A stretch of 37,395 bases of DNA, taken from positions 1 through 37,395 of IMG/VR virus record IMGVR_UViG_3300008253_000002; one strand, given 5' to 3'. A model generated the notes under the pieces. The model searched no databases, was not told the origin of the DNA, and saw only the letters and a list, made by a program, of their open reading frames with translations. The position numbers and the translations under genes are program-made. The stretch comes from a virus. Lineage: Duplodnaviria; Caudoviricetes. Below are positions 33,976-37,395 of the stretch, piece by piece (within the stretch, counting starts at the first letter, position 1; every line of letters begins with the position of its first letter).

Positions 33976-35321
33976 TATCTTCTCCCTTTTCTTATCCAGT
34001 TTGTTGTTTGTTCATGCTCTACAGAAATACACTTTACTGAACAGTAGTAATACCCATTATCGGAAATAATACTTGTACTTCTGCGGTGGAGCGGAACAAT
34101 TACTTTTCTTGTATTTCGATCTGATCTCGCATCGTGTTCGCAATTCATACACGTTCGCAAACCATGCTTATTGTGAGTGCTTTGGTCGAGCCATTGCAAA
34201 ACATATAATTTATTTCGATACTTCCCTAATTCATCATTTCTAAAAATGCCATGTCCTTTAACGGTCGAATACTCATCACTCTCTTTTAAACATTTTTTAG
34301 AACAGAACATCAATGTTGAATGGTAATAATGATGTAAGCCGTTAGACTTGTATGACCTCTTATCACACGTTGGACAAGCAGGACGATTATCTAATAATGC
34401 TGTACTAGCCATGTACTGATAATGCCCACCATCGGCTTGAAAATAACCCTTTGGGTCTACTCTAAACTTTTTAGTATATTCACTATATGATAGTGAGCTA
34501 GTACCATCGAGATATGGGATTATTAGGTGGTGCTGTTTATCTGTTGAGTTATGATCTTCCAATGGTAACGGGTTTAGATATACACCCTGAAGAAACCGAG
34601 GCGATTGTTTAAATCCTAAGTCTTTCATGTGTTGCACTAGAATATCTCTTTCGGGGCATCTACCATAAACTTTGTGGCTCATTAGCTGTTGATCGGGTCT
34701 AACAAGAACTCTCGCAAGTACAGTATCTTCACCATTACAATCACCATAGATATAAGCGAGCTGTATACCACTCTCGCCACCGTAACATCCAGCAGGGTGT
34801 AACACATCTGTGTCGAAATATGCCCCCCATTCATACGAGTGCCGACCGCCCATACATGACTGTGCGGGGTAATCAGTAGAACATTCAGACAGTGTTCCAC
34901 TTTGCTCATACATCTCTACAATGTCAGGAGAGCTTGTTGCTATCTGCACATTGATACTCTGCTGATTTGTATATGCTCTATGATCGGCTTTATACAGTGA
35001 AGATAGCCGATTAATTTCTCCCTCTTCTAATGTAGTGACTCTCTTTAGATACTTTCCTATCTTGGTAGTTGTATACCTTGGTTCACCCTCCACTACACGA
35101 TTAAAAATAGCCACCGTATCAAATTTTGATGATACTTCTTGTTTAGGGAAATGCGGTATATCTACTCCAAGAGGTAGCCGCATTCGATTGATATGCTCGC
35201 TTAGTTGGTATTCGCCTGAAGCGAATTTCGTTACTTCATTCAGCCGAGCGGTTTTAAATTCACCTCCATGTTCTTCCGCCATCACTAACGCTTCAGTAAT
35301 TTGATTCACTGTAATACTCAT
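33975..35321 (-). CDS. SCM-motif protein with Cys-rich C-terminal Zn-binding region, about 448 aa, function unknown
   Basis: Start moved to ATG 35321 (ATGA coupling); QSCM, HPAGCY, LAY, ARVL, KVYG, PYLD; CPTC, CSKKC, CMNC, CSVKC. Confidence 0.7.
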   Translation of the reverse strand: MSITVNQITEALVMAEEHGGEFKTARLNEVTKFASGEYQLSEHINRMRLPLGVDIPHFPKQEVSSKFDTVAIFNRVVEGEPRYTTTKIGKYLKRVTTLEEGEINRLSSLYKADHRAYTNQQSINVQIATSSPDIVEMYEQSGTLSECSTDYPAQSCMGGRHSYEWGAYFDTDVLHPAGCYGGESGIQLAYIYGDCNGEDTVLARVLVRPDQQLMSHKVYGRCPERDILVQHMKDLGFKQSPRFLQGVYLNPLPLEDHNSTDKQHHLIIPYLDGTSSLSYSEYTKKFRVDPKGYFQADGGHYQYMASTALLDNRPACPTCDKRSYKSNGLHHYYHSTLMFCSKKCLKESDEYSTVKGHGIFRNDELGKYRNKLYVLQWLDQSTHNKHGLRTCMNCEHDARSDRNTRKVIVPLHRRSTSIISDNGYYYCSVKCISVEHEQTTNWIRKGRR

Positions 35322-35452
35322 ACTGTTGCACCCCATAAAATTAATAGTAAGGTTACACACCCAACTAGCCCAATTGCGGCAGTTATTGCCGTAATTAAGT
35401 CTCTCTGTTCTTCAATGTACTTTTGATTCGTGCAGTTTTTGTAGTCGATCAT
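35318..35452 (-). CDS. Small membrane protein, 44 aa (not in ORF track)
   Basis: AAGGAG RBS; MIDYKNCTNQKYIEEQRDLITAITAAIGLVGCVTLLLILWGATV*; its stop overlaps the next ATG. Confidence 0.68.
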   Translation of the reverse strand: MIDYKNCTNQKYIEEQRDLITAITAAIGLVGCVTLLLILWGATV

Positions 35453-35521
35453 AACGCCTTACTCCTTTGTGTTGGTGGTAGTTGTCCGGGATTGTTCCCG
35501 GTTGTCATCTCTGACAATTCC

Positions 35522-35550
35522 AGTTTACCCTTTATATATAAGAGTGCCAA
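35522..35550 (-). promoter_or_regulatory. Sigma70-like promoter for the leftward, probably early, module
   Basis: Minus strand TTGGCA-N17-TAAACT about 70 bp upstream of the 44-aa ORF. Confidence 0.65.
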
Positions 35551-35704
35551 GCATTGATTGAGATTGATAGTCACGTTGTCATGCTGTCATTGTCACACCC
35601 AATCATTGGATCAGGCTGATCAGTATGAAAAGTATTGCGTTCCATTGTCAGAACATCATCGACACATTAAAATGTCATCAAATCAGCGTGTAAGCGTGTC
35701 ATTT

Positions 35705-35713
35705 TGATATAAT
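35705..35713 (+). promoter_or_regulatory. Extended -10 promoter upstream of the small terminase gene
   Basis: TGATATAAT with no recognisable -35. Confidence 0.5.
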
Positions 35714-35847
35714 GAGAGCGTGAAATCGTGATTTTGGCGTTTTATTAAAAGGGTGGGGAGGGTAAAGAGGGGCGTGACCCCCTGACGCTAACACGCCCGC
35801 CCACGCTCACATATATATACTTTTAACACGGTTAATTGGAGGATTTT

Positions 35848-36369
35848 ATGTCTAAAGTAGATAAGTACATAACTAAGATCGAGACAGGTGCGAACTCTTG
35901 TGAACGGTATACAGATGAGAATGGGGTTGATGTACACCACCACGTTCACGATCCTTATGTAGCCACACACTCACCACCCACGCTTACCCCACCCAGAGCG
36001 CCTAAGTTTGGTGAGGTTGGGTGGGGCAAAGGTAAGCGTAAAACTGGTGGGTCAGTGCATGGTACTCGTACTCGTATAACCATATCCAGGGATGTTAAGG
36101 AGATAGTAGAGAAAGAGGGTCTAAACCCAGCAGAAGCACTTGTCAGAGTAGCCGAAATGGCAGAGGATAAGGGTGATTTAGGAACAGCCCGTAGCTGTTA
36201 TTCCGAGTTGTTATCTTATATAAGTACGAAGAAAGACATCTCCAAGATAGATACCAGTGCATTAATAGTTCACTGGAGATCCCCAGATGATGCGCCTAAA
36301 CAGATAGGTGGTGAAGTGATAGAGGTTATCGAAGACAACAGCGATGATTCCAAGAAACAGGGGGGGTAG
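35848..36369 (+). CDS. terS: Probable terminase small subunit
   Basis: GGAGG RBS before ATG 35848; directly upstream of TerL; basic KGKRKTGGS segment then helical NPAEAL...ELLSY. Confidence 0.68.
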   Translation: MSKVDKYITKIETGANSCERYTDENGVDVHHHVHDPYVATHSPPTLTPPRAPKFGEVGWGKGKRKTGGSVHGTRTRITISRDVKEIVEKEGLNPAEALVRVAEMAEDKGDLGTARSCYSELLSYISTKKDISKIDTSALIVHWRSPDDAPKQIGGEVIEVIEDNSDDSKKQGG

Positions 36370-36434
36370 GTCTGATCCCCACCCATTAACACTGGCAACC
36401 AACACACACTAACTTCAACACACTATATATTTTT

Positions 36435-36456
36435 TGGTATAATAGCATAAGCTAGT
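36435..36456 (+). promoter_or_regulatory. Extended -10 promoter for terL overlapped by an inverted copy of the 18-bp motif
   Basis: TGGTATAAT at 36435-36443; ATAATAGCATAAGCTAGT at 36439-36456. Confidence 0.6.
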
Positions 36457-36480
36457 TATAAACCTTCAGGGAGTATTATA

Positions 36481-37395
36481 GTGCCAGAAGTAGAGATACC
36501 CTATTATCCAAGACCACTCCAACGACATCTCCATGACAATATAAAGAGGTGGTCTGTAGTCGTGGCACACAGGCGTTTTGGGAAGACCTTCTGGGCGATT
36601 AATCACTTACTCCGTGACGCACTGACAATGCGTAAGGACAATGTTAGGTTGGCATATATTGCTCCCACTTATCGTCAGGCTAAAACGATCGCATGGGACA
36701 TCTTAAAGAATATGTCCAGACCAGTTCCTCGGATACTCATTAATGAGACTGAGTTACGGATTGATTATCCCAATGGCTCACGACTTCGGTTATATGGTGC
36801 AGGGGATGATCCAGACGCACTTCGCGGGCAGTATTTCGATGGGGTGGTGCTTGACGAGTATGCCCAGATGCCATCAAGTCTCTTTGGCGAGATTATTAGA
36901 CCAAGTTTATCAGATCGTAAGGGGTATGCCATATGGATAGGGACTCCACAAGGCAATGACCTATTTTACGACTTATATCAATCCGCGAAGGTTAGGGAAG
37001 AAGCCAAGGATTCGACATGGATGACAGCACTCTTTAGGGCTTCTGAGACAGGGGTCATTGACCAAGATGAGTTAGAAGACGCTAAGACCATAATGACCCC
37101 AGCCGAGTATGCTCAAGAGTACGAGTGCAGTTTTACTGCCGCGATTGAGGGAAGTTATTATGGGTCGTTCATGGACAGGGCAGAGGAAGAGGGTCGGCTT
37201 GAAGCTGTGCCTTACGAGACTATGTTACCTGTTCATACGGCATTTGACCTCGGAATAAGTGATAGTACCGCTATCATCTTCTATCAGGTTTTGAGGAGGG
37301 AGATCAGGATAATTGACTATTATGAACAGGACGGAGAGGGTCTGGCACATTATATAGCTTATCTTTCGCGTAAACCGTACACCTACGGGACTCAC
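36481..37395 (+). CDS. terL: Terminase large subunit, partial (runs off the window; absent from ORF track)
   Basis: GTG start after AGGGAG; YYPRPLQ, VAHRRFGKT (Walker A), APTYRQAK, GVVLDEYAQM (Walker B), IGTP, AFDLG nuclease motif. Confidence 0.96.
   Translation, partial: MPEVEIPYYPRPLQRHLHDNIKRWSVVVAHRRFGKTFWAINHLLRDALTMRKDNVRLAYIAPTYRQAKTIAWDILKNMSRPVPRILINETELRIDYPNGSRLRLYGAGDDPDALRGQYFDGVVLDEYAQMPSSLFGEIIRPSLSDRKGYAIWIGTPQGNDLFYDLYQSAKVREEAKDSTWMTALFRASETGVIDQDELEDAKTIMTPAEYAQEYECSFTAAIEGSYYGSFMDRAEEEGRLEAVPYETMLPVHTAFDLGISDSTAIIFYQVLRREIRIIDYYEQDGEGLAHYIAYLSRKPYTYGTH

Larger units (their letters stand above)
1..37395. mobile_element. Tailed dsDNA bacteriophage genome segment (podovirus-like organisation; portal and capsid genes lie outside the window)
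   Basis: Terminase large and small subunits, ejection-type proteins, phage replication genes (SNF2, VRR-NUC, DUF3310, PolA), dense overlapping ORFs, no cellular housekeeping genes. Confidence 0.96.

Noticed and set aside
36743-36956. Short ORF-track calls near the right end
   Set aside because: They overlap the real terL frame starting at 36481, which the track missed because it has no stop in the window
1-37395. Alternative genetic code, modified-base pathway, diversity-generating retroelement or tRNA genes
   Set aside because: The standard code gives dense long ORFs; I recognised no purZ-like, reverse transcriptase or cloverleaf sequence

Overview
The whole window reads as a segment of a tailed dsDNA phage genome with podovirus-like organisation; I see no host housekeeping genes, integrase, tRNA or CRISPR array. 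(1) 1-20519 (+): a late block of probable internal virion/ejection genes whose products appear cysteine-free, apart from a small GNAT-fold protein. It includes a 1628-aa acidic repeat protein and a 3904-aa polyvalent protein (amino-DNA methyltransferase, Strawberry-notch-type SF2 helicase, zincin peptidase motif, LPD38-like C-terminus). (2) 20615-26511 (-): a DNA-metabolism operon (DUF3310, SNF2 helicase, VRR-NUC, SSB-like, Cas4-like exonuclease). (3) 26559-27701: a control region with Xis-like and Cro-like genes. (4) 27724-32091 (+): one 1455-aa ORF fusing Zn-finger/TOPRIM primase, VapE-type helicase, 3'-5' exonuclease and family A polymerase, with an iteron/hairpin/AT-rich origin-like element inside its in-frame linker. 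(5) 32418-35452 (-): an AT-richer, probably early module with an M28-like peptidase and an SCM-motif protein. (6) 35848-37395 (+): small terminase and partial large terminase. Non-gene signals include an 18-bp motif shared by three promoters and strong avoidance of GCWGC. All family calls come from recognising motifs by eye; no searches or counts were run.
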